Below are positions 39,256 through 52,076 of a stretch of DNA of 64,000 bases, one piece after another. Made by a program: the position numbers and the translations under genes. The first letter of the stretch is position 1. Every line of letters begins with the position of its first letter. Below the pieces are notes generated by a model. The model did no database searches and had not been told where the DNA came from. It worked only from the letters and a program-made list of their open reading frames with translations. Source of the DNA: the human T2T-CHM13v2.0 reference genome, Homo sapiens. The stretch is taken from NCBI RefSeq assembly GCF_009914755.1, contig NC_060931.1, one strand, 5' to 3'.

Positions 39256-39512
39256 GAGGAATGCTGTCACCAGGAAACACAGCAATGGTTCCATTAAACT
39301 GGAAGTTAAGATTGCCACCTGGACACTTTGGGCTCCTCCTACCTCTAAGTCAACAGACTAAGAAGGGAGTCACAGTGTTGGCTGGGTTGACTGACTCAGA
39401 CTATCAAGATGAAATCAGTCTACTACTCCACAATGGAGGTAAGGTAGAGTATGTGTGGAATACAGGAGTATCCCTTAGGGTATCTCTTAATATTACCATT
39501 CCCTGTGATTAA
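39256..39512 (+). pseudogene. dut: HERV-L dUTPase relic
   Basis: ORF 39261..39512 PGNTAMVPLNWKLRLPPGHFGLLLP..KKGVTVLAGLTDSDYQDEISLLLHN has dUTPase motifs (G.ID.DY.GEI-like) downstream of integrase, as in ERV-L. Confidence 0.88.
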
Positions 39513-40038
39513 GGTCAATGGAAAAATACAACAACCCAATCCAGGCAGGACTACAAAGAGCCCAGACCCTTCAGGAATAAAGGTTTAGGTCACTCAACCA
39601 GGTAAAAAACCATAATCTGCGGAGGTGCTTGCTGAAGGCAAAGGGAATACAAAATGGGTAATAGAAGAAGGTAGTTATCAATACCAGCTATGACCACATG
39701 ACCAGTTGTAGAAATGGGAGCTGTAATTGTCATTAGTATTTCCTCCTTATTTTGTTAAGAACATGGTTGTGCATATACACACTTGCAGGAAGAGAATATC
39801 TTCATTTTATTTCCTTTCTTTTTCCCTTATACGACATAAGATTTACTGACTTCATATCAACATTTAAGTGTTGTTAAGTTTATGTAATAGCATTTGGGTC
39901 GGGGATTGGTGAGTTTCCGCTAGTATGAAAAAGAGCTGCATTATATTAGGTGTAATTATAACTTCATCATTGTCTTTATTTGAAGAGTATGTATGATTTC
40001 AGGAGATGTGTATGGGTTCAAGTTGACAAGGGTAGACT

Positions 40039-40583
40039 TGTGATGGTTAATATTGAGTATCAACTTGATTGAATTGGAGAATGCAAAGTATTTGTTCTGG
40101 GTGTGTCTGTGAGGGTGTAGCCAAAGTGGATTAACATTTGAGTCAGTAGACTGGGAGAGGCAGACCTACCCTCAACCTTGATGGGCATAATCTAATCAGC
40201 TGCCAGTGCGACTAGAATAAAAGGAGTCAAAAGAACGTGGAAAGACTGGACTGTCTGAGTCTTGTGGCCTCAATCATTTTCCTTTGCTGGATACTTCCTG
40301 TTCTCAAACATCAGACTCCGAGTTTTTCAGCTTTTGGACTCCTGGACTTACACCAGTGATTTGCTAGGGGCTCTCAGGCCTTCGGCCCCAGACTAAATGT
40401 TGCACTGTCGGCTTCCCAACTATTGAAGTTCTGGGACTCGGACTGGCTTCCTTGTTCTTTAACTTGCAGATGGCCTATAGTGGGACTTCACTTTGTGATT
40501 ATTGGAGTCAATTCTCCTAATAAACTCCCCTACATATATTTATCTTTCCAATGCGTTCTGTACCTTTAAAGAACTCTAATACA
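40039..40583 (+). mobile_element. HERV-L 3' LTR (MLT2A2-like, 545 bp)
   Basis: Colinear with the 5' LTR; about 20 differences in the first ~139 nt by eye. Confidence 0.95.
40188..40198 (+). promoter_or_regulatory. Perfect DUX4 consensus motif TAATCTAATCA in the 3' LTR
   Basis: Exact 11-mer; binding not shown. Confidence 0.55.
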
Positions 40584-41367
40584 AGTATATTCTAACTTTG
40601 ACAAATAAGTGAGGCATTTTTTCTCATGTTTTATTTTTCCTGTGAAAGTTGTATAAAATAGAGTTTTCCTTGATAATTTGGTAGAATATTTCTGTAATAC
40701 AATCTTGTATGGGTATAAAGCATGTGTGGATGGGTGTTGGGTGTGGCAGTGGTGGGCAATGAGAAGTCTCTAAGTAGCATTTCAGTTACTGTCATGCTTC
40801 TTTATATGTCTACTATGCTAACTTTGGCATTTTAAATTTTTCCAGAAGAGCGTATTCATTTTGTCTAGGTTTGCAAATTACACTGACATATAATTGTGTG
40901 CATGTCCACATAAATGTGTGTATATGTGCACACACACATATATATACACATATATTTATATGCACAATGCATATGTCTCTACATATATATTCTGATTTGA
41001 CTAAACTTGTTTTATTTAGTTTTTTTGTTTGCTATCTTCTTTCTCTTATATTGAAGAAGTTTTTCTAGAGTTGTGTTTGCATTTCAATCTTCTCCAAAAA
41101 ATATCCTTTGGATTTGCTTAAACTTATTAATCATGCCAGTCAAATTCACTATACTGAAAAAGGTTTCTAAGAGTTCTCATGCTATTCTTCATGCTTTACC
41201 TTCAGACTGTCTTTACCTACTTTTTGTCTGGCGTACTGGGTGTATGAGAGGGAGCTGGAGTTCCAACATCTTTCCAAGAGTTACCACCTTTTCAGGAGCT
41301 GATCTCAGAAAAAAAAAGTACAGACAGGGACAGGTAGAATAGCTATAAAACTCGAAGATGTTTGCTA

Positions 41368-41710
41368 TGTCTTTTGGCCCATTGTGACTGCTATAACAAA
41401 ATGCTATAAAATTTGGGTAGATTATAAATAAAAAAGAAATCATTTCTCACTCTTTTGGAGGCTGGGGAGTTTAAGAAAAAGGTGCCAGAGAATTTGATGT
41501 CTGGTAAGGCCTACTTTCTGGTTCATAGATGGCACCTTCTGAATTCTGTCCTCACATGGTGGCAAGGTCCCTTGGGCCACTTTAAAAAGGTACTAATCCC
41601 ATTCATGAGGGAACCTTACCAATTATGTAATTGCCTCTCAAGGGTGTTATTTCCTAATAACATCATATTGTGGTTGAGGATTCCAGCATATAGATTTTCA
41701 GGCCATTGTA
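41368..41710 (-). mobile_element. MLT1A-like MaLR solo LTR
   Basis: ctgctataacaaaatgctataaa..ggaggctggggagtttaag..aaggtgccag..tctggttcatagatggcaccttct..tgtcctcacatggtgg..actaatcccattcatgaggg. Confidence 0.85.
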
Positions 41711-41713
41711 CTA

Positions 41714-42230
41714 TGTTAAGCGTGCTTTTACTAACAGGTAAGCACTAAACTAATAATGCCTTAATAATTGAGATTTAGTCTTCTCAGTTCATAAAACGTC
41801 TGGAGGACAGAATTTGCTAGCAAAGGTTTAATGGTTAAGTGTTATCATAACTCTAGGTCACCATCTTATACTACCTCAATTTGTATTGTAGTACCCTTTA
41901 CACTCAACCTGCAATTAGCACTTACTCTGTGCCAATCTTTTCTTTTAAAATAGACAATTTTTTTTCGCATTTAATCCTTACAGAAAAACTATAAGGTAGA
42001 TCTTGTTATTTCTCCCTCAGATGAGTCAATGGGAAATAAAAATCTTTACCAAAAATTTCCAACAAACTTCACGTTATTTCTTATTGGCCAACACTGAGTC
42101 ACAGCTTCTTCCTTTGCTAGGGACTGGATTTTTATTTCATGAAATCAAAAGATCTGTGTCTATACCAGAAAAAAAAAAAATTAGGGTTTTGTTACCAGGC
42201 AAAAATGCAAGTAGAAATAATAGTCTCCAA
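41714..42230 (-). mobile_element. Degraded MLT1J/K-like LTR pieces with a MIR-like fragment (~41915-42035)
   Basis: aataatgccttaataattgagattta, cttattggccaacactgagtcaca, ttagggttttgttac; MIR-like catttaatccttacagaaaaactataaggtaga. Confidence 0.4.
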
Positions 42231-42700
42231 ACTAAAATCTTTGTGGAAGAATTGAAATTATGGGAGAAATAAATCAAAAGTTCATAGTGGGTACAATGAG
42301 AGATAACTTATGCAAATTATATGAGCCACATAATTGATATTATTGATATCATTGCTATTACTTAGATTTAAATACATAAGTAAATAAAATGCTTTCAATG
42401 TTTTTTATTTTTTAAATAGAATGAAAAGTTTTTATAATAGATGAAAACAATAAAGATGAAACCACTATAACATTAAGAATTATAAAATCTTATTGTATTG
42501 AACTTATTGTCTTTGAATGTATTCAAGTGAATTTATAAATAAATACAATAAGTGAATTGCAGCACAAAATATAATGAAATCCAAAGATCAAGTGCATGTT
42601 TTGACCATCAGTATTGTGTTTTGGCAGGAGATATGTAGAATTGATCATTAAAGGCTTTTTAGAACTGTTGGAGAAAAAAGTCTAAAAAACATTTTAAACT

Positions 42701-42809
42701 ATATACTATAAAGTATGACAGTTAATGAAGTTAAAGTGTATGTAAAACTGTAGAAATATACTATAAAATAGGACAGTTAATGAAGGTAAAGTGTAGTAAA
42801 ACTATAGAA
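42701..42809 (+). repeat. ~55-bp tandem duplication
   Basis: atatactataaa.ta.gacagttaatgaag.taaagtgta(t)gtaaaact.tagaa twice (42701-42755, 42756-42809). Confidence 0.95.
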
Positions 42810-44269
42810 AACAAGAAATAGAATTTGGAAAAATACCATGTTTTGAGATATCTTTGTAAATCCATGCAACTATATTTGTAATAAAATTTTTAACAAAAAT
42901 ATGAGCTTATGGTTATGTAAGCTGTATGGGATGAGGTTTAAGATTAGATCACGGTGATGATAAAACACAAATTGTGCAAAGAAACATTTAATTCATTAGT
43001 TATGTGAAGCATAATATACAGTCATGGAAGTTCATACCTCTTGCAGTCAAATTTTCCAGCAATCCAGTGCTAGCTTAAGTATAAAACTATTATTTCTGAA
43101 GTTGCTTTCTAATATATTCCACTCGTAAATAACTTCTATTTTTTATCATCCTTTTTAGCATTTCATTTGTATCTCTTAATGAAAGAAAATGAAAACTTTT
43201 AGAGCCACATAATTGATATCATTTGTATCAATTACGGTAACATCTGGTAGTTAGCAGTATATTCATGGACCTAAGCTTTCTCTCTTACTAAAGAGTCTAA
43301 CTTCCCTAATGGTATATATGTAATTTTTGGTTTTTCTCTGTATTCAGTACCATTCCCCTGATGCTGACCGACATGTATAGAGAACAGAATACAGTGTATT
43401 TTTATTGATAAAATTCAGAATATTGATTTAATGGTAGCAGAGTTGTTTATTAAAAAAAAAATAAGCACAACAGTTCCCAACAACAAGCTACCAACCCCTT
43501 GTTAATTGAAGGAAAATACCTAAGACTTACTTATAAAACCTACATACAGAATTTTTTGAAAAAAAAATTTTAGTTAAAATATGAACTCAATGACTTCTAT
43601 ATTATTCCCATCTTTTAATACTATGTTATTGCTTAATTCTTACTAAATTGTGCATTCATTATTAATAGAAACTATAAGAATTCAAACTAATAAGAAGATT
43701 TTTAATTGCTACAAAGACATTTTAAAATAAGATTAAATCCAAAGAAATCTATATTACACATCATAGATTTGTTAAAATTGCTGATGTTTTTCTGACATTT
43801 GTATGGGTTTATGTGCTTAAGAATCAGGTGCGAATCTTGATAAAAATATACATATTCAGAATGTACCATTTGATATTTTAAATCTTTGGGGATAAGGGTG
43901 AGAGAAGATTCAACATTTTTATCAATTTCTCAAGCTGATTTTGATACACCATGAAGTTTTATAAGAACTGATACAATTTTTTTTCTTTACTATGGCTGAA
44001 GGGTGTAAGTGAATTAAGGTGAGAAGTAATTTTCAATGCACTAGTCTAGAACTGTACAGATGACAAATGATATTTCAACAGATGAAGAAAAAATAAACTT
44101 TACTATTTATAGAAAAGAATTTGATTTCACTCTTTGATTCAAGAGTGAAAAACACAATAATTGAATGCACTTTGTGGTGATGGTGGAGTCTTGAGGTTCT
44201 GTTTTTATAAGTCACAATATTTCAAATTAACCATACAGAAAAAATATTGTATTTCCTTATATTGGCCAG

Positions 44270-44341
44270 CCAGAAAGTTACTGGACAATGTCATATACAA
44301 TATGAGTGCCAGGCCAGGGTCCGTTAATAATAAAGGAGCTG
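44270..44341 (+). other. Candidate 72-nt exon (unconfirmed)
   Basis: Acceptor-like tgtatttccttatattggccag, donor CTG/GTGAGT, one open frame RKLLDNVIYNMSARPGSVNNKGA; no protein recognised. Confidence 0.25.
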
Positions 44342-44450
44342 GTGAGTGAGACAATTTAGATGGCTCAATGGGGTGTTTCAGAGACAGACTTTGTTGAAGT
44401 TATATTTAGTTGGCAGTTATAAGTTAGATAATTAAAATTATCTAATACTG

Positions 44451-44750
44451 AGTCAGGTGCGGTGGCTCACACCTGTAATCCCAGCACTTTGGGGGGCTGA
44501 GGCAGGTGGATCACTTGAGGTCAGGAGTTCGAGACCAGCCTGGCCACATGGTGAAACCCTGTCTCTACTAAAAATACAAAATTTAGCTGGGCATGGTGGC
44601 ATGTGCCTGTAATCCCAGCTACTTGCAAGGCTGAGGCTGAGGCAGGAGAATTGCTTGAACCCAGGAAGCAGAGGTTACAATGAGCCAAGATCACGGAACT
44701 GCACTCCAGACTGGGTGACAGAGTATCCATCTCAAAAAAAAAAAAAAAAG
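44451..44750 (+). mobile_element. AluS (Sz-like)
   Basis: ggatcacttgaggtcaggagttcgag; perfect 15-bp TSD aattatctaatactg (44436-44450, 44751-44765). Confidence 0.97.
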
Positions 44751-46299
44751 AATTATCTAATACTGGATTCTTATGTGATAATTACCAGGTTTTAGAAATT
44801 TTGAAAAGTATACAAACACATAGAAATTCCTAAGAATAGTGACTCTTCATTTGAAGAACTAATGTTTTTCCTTTAGAGTCTATGAATGGGCTAAGTGTTG
44901 CTGTTCAAACGATTAGGATTATTTCACTAGTATTTAGAAGCCTTCAAGTCAGAAACCAAAGAAGAGCTGCTACTGAAAAGATATCATTAAGTAATCATCC
45001 ACATCTCTCCCAACCTATCACCCTTCTAAGTATCCATTGTCTAACATCCCTCTCTCTATGTCCATGTGTACGCATTTCTTAGCTCACATTTATGAATGAG
45101 AACATGCAGTGTTTGGCTTTCTGTGCCTGGTTTGTTTCAGTTAATAACTGCTAGTTCCATCCATGTTGCTACAAAAGACATGATTTCATTCTTTTTTAAG
45201 GCTGAATACTACTTTGTTGTGTATATATACCACATTTTCTTTACCCAATTATCCATGGATAGACACTGAATTTTCCATATATTTGCTATCACGAATAATG
45301 TTGTGGTAAACATAGAGCACAGGTGTGATATATTTTTGATATATTGATTTCCTTTGGATAGATACTCTGTAGTGGATTGAATAGTAGTACTATATTTAGT
45401 TCTTTGAGAAATCTCTATACTGTTTTGTATAGAGTTTGTACTAATTTAAATTCCCACCATCAGTGTGTAAGTGTATTCTTTCCTCCACCATTTCCTCCAT
45501 TTTCTCACCAACAGGATATTTTTAGTCTTTTTAATAATAGCCATTTTTTTCCAAGATAGAAGATTAGAGGCTTTTAACATGCCTCAGCCACTTGTAAATA
45601 CCAAGATAATGCATTAAGATAAACTCTGTTAGCTTTAACACAAGAAGAAAAATGGGAATCCACTGAAATCATGAAGGACACTTCAGATCCTGGGGAAGAA
45701 AATGAGGGTAAACAGCCCCATGTGAGTGTCCAGCTGATAAAAGTGAGTGAAACCATAATACATGAGAGAGGCAGAGAGCTTCATTCTGTGACTCAGCTTT
45801 CCACAGGGGTTATGAGCAACCAGGCTGAAGCAGAGCAATTTGTTTCTCCCGTGCACTGTAACTAACATGTGGAGAGGCTTGGAGGTGTGGGAAGAAAAGA
45901 CACTGGGAAAAGTAGCCGGCATTTTCCCAGATCTGGGACTGACAGCAGGAAGCCTTTTATTCCAGGTGCATATGAAGCCATTTTTAATCCAGTGGCATAT
46001 AAAGCTATTCTTTGGAGACCTAGCAGTATGGCCATCCATGCAAGCATTTCAGTCTTGGGCCAGAGATTGGAGTGCTTGCTCTAGAATGGGTTAGAAACTT
46101 CTACAGCCAGAACTGTGGCAAGCACCCCAGCAGTAGGCACTGAAATTGTGCTCTCTCCTGCCACAGGCCTGGGGTGAGAGGAAAGCTGTCACAGTGACAG
46201 TTTCCTCTGGGCAACAAGACTTGCATCCAGGGCCAGCTTGGTGACCTGGAAATGGTGTTTGTGTGCCCTTGCTGCATGCCCCAGTCTGCTTCCCTGAGA

Positions 46300-47300
46300 T
46301 TATGTTGTAGTGGGATTCTCTCTGCTCCACCTAAGAGCACTCACTCCCATGGACCAGCAATCTGAGGCACCCCACCCTTCATGAAGCAGAGATCATAGTA
46401 CAGCAGGGCCCTCTCCTCTCTACACCCAGGCAAAACTCCAGGCATTCAGAACATCTGTTCATCTTCCTTCTGCATAGATTGTGATGCAGTGAGACCCTCT
46501 CTGTTCCACAACCAGGCAGGTCTACAAATTTGGAGCACCCATTTGTATGGATTAGCAAACTGAGGTGCCCCACTATTACTATGCAGAGATCCTGGGGCAA
46601 GCTGACCTTCTCCACTTCATGCCCAGGCAGATCTAGAGACATTCAGAGCAACTGTTTGCCTGGTTAAGCAGCTTCAGACACGCCACACATCCTGGGAATG
46701 GATGGTGGTACAGTGAGGCCCTTTTCACTCCACACACAGGCAGCTCTCCAGGCATTTGGAGTACCTGCTCGCCTGGATCAGCAGCCTGAATGATCCTACC
46801 CTTCCTGCACAGTGATTGTGGTGCAGGTGGACATCTCTGCTTCATGCCCAGGCAAAACTCCAGGTATTCAAAGGACCTGCTTGCCCAGCTTGAGCTGCCA
46901 TGCCCTTCCTGTGCAGAAATCCTGTACCTCTCTAATTCAAACCCAGGCTGACTTCCAGGCATTCAGAGCACCTACTTTCTTGGCTCAGCATCCTGAGCTA
47001 CCCCACCCTTCTTATGTAAAGATCGTAGTGTAGCGGGGCCCTCTCCGGTCCATGCCCAGGAAAATCTCTCGGCATTTTGAGCACAAATTTACCTGGATTA
47101 CCAGCCTGAGTTGCAGTACCCTTCTTGTGCAGGGATTGTGCTGTAGGGCGTAGCTCTATACTCCATGCCCAGGCTAATCGCTAGACATCTAGAGTACCTA
47201 TTCTCTTGAATTAGAAATTTATGCCACTCCCACCCTCAGTGCAGAAAACTTGAGGCCAAAGAGGTTTCCAAGGTCCGTGCCTAGGCAAACCTCTGGGCAC
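46300..47300 (+). repeat. Degenerate tandem array, ~9 units of ~110 bp, in the L1 5'UTR
   Basis: Core cccaggca...ctccaggcatt..gagca recurs near 46425, 46512, 46622, 46737, 46847, 46942, 47055, 47168, 47281. Confidence 0.85.
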
Positions 47301-50300
47301 CTGGTGGTCAAACACTGGATGCTTCTGCCTGCTAATAGGGGACCTGTAGGAGGATCTGTCCAGCCTGGCCCCCGTCATCTTTCCCATCCCAACCCCCGGA
47401 GGCTGATCAGGGAGGTGAAACTATGTGTACTCCACAGATGAGCTCATTGCTTGAGGCAACAGAGAACTTCTCAAAGTAAACGAGAATGAAGTATATTCGC
47501 AGCCACAGCAGCCAAAACCGGCTCTTACCTATCCACGCCATCTACTGGCTTGTGGGTCAAACTGCAAGCCCAATATAAAACCTATTGACAGAAGTGCATA
47601 GGGCTGCAGAGGCAAAGTGAAAAGACCCCTACCCAGCACTCTCTACAGTCACACCCCTCTAGGAGGCAGGTACAGGGAAAGGGAAACAACTAATATTATA
47701 GAGAAAGTAAGAAAAAAATCTTACCTGCATGAAAATAATTACAAAATTTATAAGTGCTAGTATCTTTGGATTAGAAGGAACCAGTGAAAGAATACTGACA
47801 CCACGAAAAACGTCAAAGTGATGACACCAGAGGATCATACTGGCTCTCCAGCAATGATCCCTAACCATAATAGAAACTCAGAAATGAATATAAAGAATTC
47901 AGTGCATGGATTGCAAGGAAATTCAACAATATCCAAGACAAGGTTGAAAATCAACGCAAAGAAACTTCTAAAGCAATGCAGGTAAGGAAGAAAAGATAAA
48001 CATCTTGAAAAGAAATCAGTCAGAACTTATAGAAGGAGAAACCTCACTAAAAGAATTTCAAAATACAATTGAAAGCTTTATCTAAGGACTGGACCGAGCA
48101 AAATAAATAACTTTAGAGCTTGAAGACCAGTCTTCCAAAATAACCCAGTCAGACAAAAATAAAGGAAAAAAGGAATTTTAAAAAGTGAACAAAGTCTTTG
48201 AGAAATATGGGAATGTGTAAAGTGACAACATATGAATTACTGGCATTCCTGAGAGAGAGAACAAATAGTAAATAGCCAGGAAAACCTATTTGAGGGAATA
48301 ATACCAGAAAATTTCTCTTTTTTTAGAGAAGTAGACATCCTGACACAAGAAATAAATATGGCATCTGTGACATACTATACAAAATGAACATCACCAAGGC
48401 ATATAGTCACAAGACTGTCCAAGGTCAATGTTAAAGACTAATCTTTAAAAAGAAAAGATTAAATCACATACAAAGGGAACTACATCAGGCTAATAGCAGA
48501 CTTTTTATCAGAATCCTTGCTAACCAAGAGAGATTGGAGGCTTATTTTAAGCATTTTTAAAGAAAGGAAATTCCACTCAAGAATTTCATATTCCACTAAT
48601 ATAAGCTTCGTAAGCAAAGGTGAAATAAAACCTTTTTCCAAACAAGCAATAACTAAGAGAATTTATTATAACACCAGCCTTACAAAAGATCTTTAAGGGA
48701 ATTCTAAACATTAAAGTGAAAGAATGATACCTGCTAACACAAAAACATACTTGATTACCTATCCCACAGACCTTATAAAATAACCACACAATGGAAGCTA
48801 CAAAGGAAACATCTAACAACTCCATGGTAGGAAGAAAACCTCACATATAAATACTAACCTTGAAACTAAACAGTGTAAACACCCCACTTAAGAGGCATAG
48901 TTCCAAGTTGAGTAAAAAACAAGACCTCTCCATCTGCTGTTTTCAAGAGACTTATCTCACACATAATGCCACTCATTGGATCAAAGTAAAGGTTTGGAGA
49001 AACAGCTATCTCACAAATGGACATTTAAAAAGACCATGGGTCACTATGCTTATACTGAACACAATAGACTTTACACCAAAAACTGCAAAAAAAGACAAAG
49101 AACAGCATTACATATTGATGAAAGTTCAATTCAACATGAAGACCCCATACTTAAATGAGATAGTTAACCTATTTAGAGCATCCACCATTAGAGCAACACC
49201 ATTGATAAAACAAGTACTTTGAGACTTAGGGAAAGACTAAGATATCCACGTAATAATAGTGGGAAACTTCAAACCCCACTGAGAGCATTAGGTAGATCAT
49301 CTAGGTAGAAAACTAAAAACTGAGTTTTGGAAAGAAAATTTACACTTGACCAATTGGACCTACCTAATAAACAGCAAATAATAATAAACCTAATAAACAG
49401 AACCCTTCACCCATCAACCACAGAATATATAATCTTCTCATCTACACATGGAACATACTACAAGGTTGGACTCATGCTCAGCCACAAATCAAGTGTCAAT
49501 AAGCTGAAAAAGAAAAAGAAAATCATATCACTTGTACTGTCAGATCACAGTGGAATAAAAACAGAAATTAATACCAAGAAGATCTCCCCAAGCCCCACAA
49601 TTACATAGGAATTGAACAACTTGCTCTTGAATGACTTTTGGCAAAGCAACAAAATTAAGGTAGAAATACAAAAATCTTTGAAATCGATGAAAACAGAGAC
49701 ACAATATACTGAAATTTCTGGGATGCAGCAAAAGCAATTTAATGGGGAACGTATATATTGCACTAAACACCTATCTCAGAAGTTAGAAAGATCTCAAATT
49801 AATAATATCATACCTAGAGGAACTATATAAACAAGAACAAACTAACACCAAACATTGGTTCTTTGAAAGGATGAACAATATTGAATGACCACTAGCTAGA
49901 TTAACAAAAACAAAACAAAAAGAAGTTTCAAATATGCACAATCAGAAACAATGGTAACGTTACAACTCATCCCACAGATACAGATTATCAGAGACTTTTA
50001 TTAATAACTCTATGCACACAAACTAGAAAGTCTAGAGGAAATGGATAAATCTCTGTAAGCACATAACCTCTGAAGATTGAATCAGGGAAAAATTGAATTT
50101 CTGAATAGAGCTATATCAAATTGCAAAATTGAATCATTAATGAAAAACATACCAATCCATAAAAGCCTTGAAGCAGGTAGATTTGCAGTCAAATTCTACC
50201 AGATACACAAAGAGCTGTTAGTATTTCTATTCAAGCTATTCTAAAAAATTGAGGAGGAAATACTCCTCCCTAAGTCATTCAAGGAAACCAGCATTACCCT

Positions 50301-50940
50301 GACACTAAAGCCTGCAAACACATAACAAAAAGAACAAACTACAGAACAATGTCCTTGATGCCATAACAATCTTCAACAAAATAATGTCAAACCAAATCTA
50401 ATAGCACATGAAAAAGTTAATTTACCACGATCAGTTAGCCTTTATTCCTGGGATGATGCAAGGGTGGTTCAACATATGCAAATCAATAAATGTGATTAAC
50501 CATGTGAACAGAATTAAAACAAAAATCATATGATCATCTTAATAGATGCATAAAAGTGTTTGATGGAATATCCCTTCATGATAAAAATTCTCAACAAACT
50601 AGGTATCAAATGAACATACATCAAAATAATTAGATATGTCGGTGACAAACCCACAGACAACATCATACTGAATGGGCAAATGCTAGAAGCATTCCCCTTA
50701 ACAATAGGAACAAGACAAGGATGCCCACTCTCACCACTCCTATTCAATATAGTGCTAGAAGACTTAACCAGAGCAATCAGGTAAGAGAAAGAAATAAAAG
50801 ACATCCAAATAGGAAAATAATAAGTTAAATATCTCTCTTCACTACATTTGAAAAAAACAAAAAACTATTCTAAAATTTATATGGAAGAAATAACAGAGCC
50901 CAACTAGCCAAAGCAATCCTAAACAAAAAGAACAAAGTTG

Positions 50941-51254
<314 letters not shown>

Positions 51255-52076
51255 TCATATTACCTGACTTCAGACTATACTAGAAGGCTACAGTAACCAA
51301 AACGTCATGGTGTTTGTACAAAAACAGAAACATAAACAAATGCAACAGAATAAAGAACCCAGAAATAAAGCTGCACACCTACAGCCATCTGATCTTCGAC
51401 AAAGTTGACAAAAATAAACAGTGGAGAATGGAATTCCTATTTTAATGGTGCTGCGATAGCTGGCTAGCCATATGCAGAGAACTGAAACCAGACTTTTTTA
51501 GTAACAGCCATTCTGACTAGAGTGAGATATCTCATTGTGGTTTTAATATGCATTTATCTGATTATTAGTAATGTGGACCATTTTTTTCATATACCTTTTG
51601 CCCATTATTGTTTCTTCTTTTGAAAACATATCTATTCATGTGTGTTGCCCACTTTCTAATGGAATCATTTGTTTCATCTTGTTGATGTTCTTGAATTGAG
51701 TTTCTTGTATATGTGGATACTAGTCCAAAGGTTACTTCTTTATTTATGCAACTATAATGCACAGTGAAGCATTAGTATTCTTAGGTTTTTATTTGTACAG
51801 TCCTTGAGGGGTTTGAGAGTACAACTTTAAAAGTGCACAAAATTCATCATGATACTGGTCATAATAAACACACATCAAGTGTGTTAGCACACTATCATTA
51901 GACTGTAGCAATCCTAAACATCTGTAACAATTTTGTAACATAAAGCATAACTAGAAAACTTATTTCAAAGATCTCTTAGTATATATGACTGAAGTTTCTC
52001 AGCCATGGATGATACTAGTTTTGAATCAAACACTTAAATTAGTTTATTATGCCTCCTCTTATGTCCAGGTAAAATT

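Larger units (their letters stand above)
33573..40583 (+). mobile_element. HERV-L provirus with both LTRs, no env
   Basis: Two homologous TG..CA LTRs, PBS, gag-pro-pol-dUTPase relics, purine tract aagggtagac before 3' LTR, TSD attat (33568-33572) / agtat (40584-40588). Confidence 0.97.
32700..41140 (-). mobile_element. Very old L1 ORF2 relic hosting the HERV-L (pieces ~32700-33572 and 40584-41140)
   Basis: actattgatttttggtagttgagtttgtatctgg left of the provirus and aatttggtagaatatttctgtaatacaatc right of it follow L1 ORF2 antisense order. Confidence 0.6.

Noticed and set aside
35730-39590. APOBEC3 hypermutation of the HERV-L (TAG at presumed Trp codons 36663, 37792, 39586)
   Set aside because: Many TGG codons remain intact and other stops look like CpG decay; a few hits are expected at this divergence.
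46300-47300. Regularly spaced repeats as a CRISPR-like array
   Set aside because: Whole units are homologous with no unique spacers, they lie in an L1 5'UTR, and there are no cas genes; the DNA is primate.
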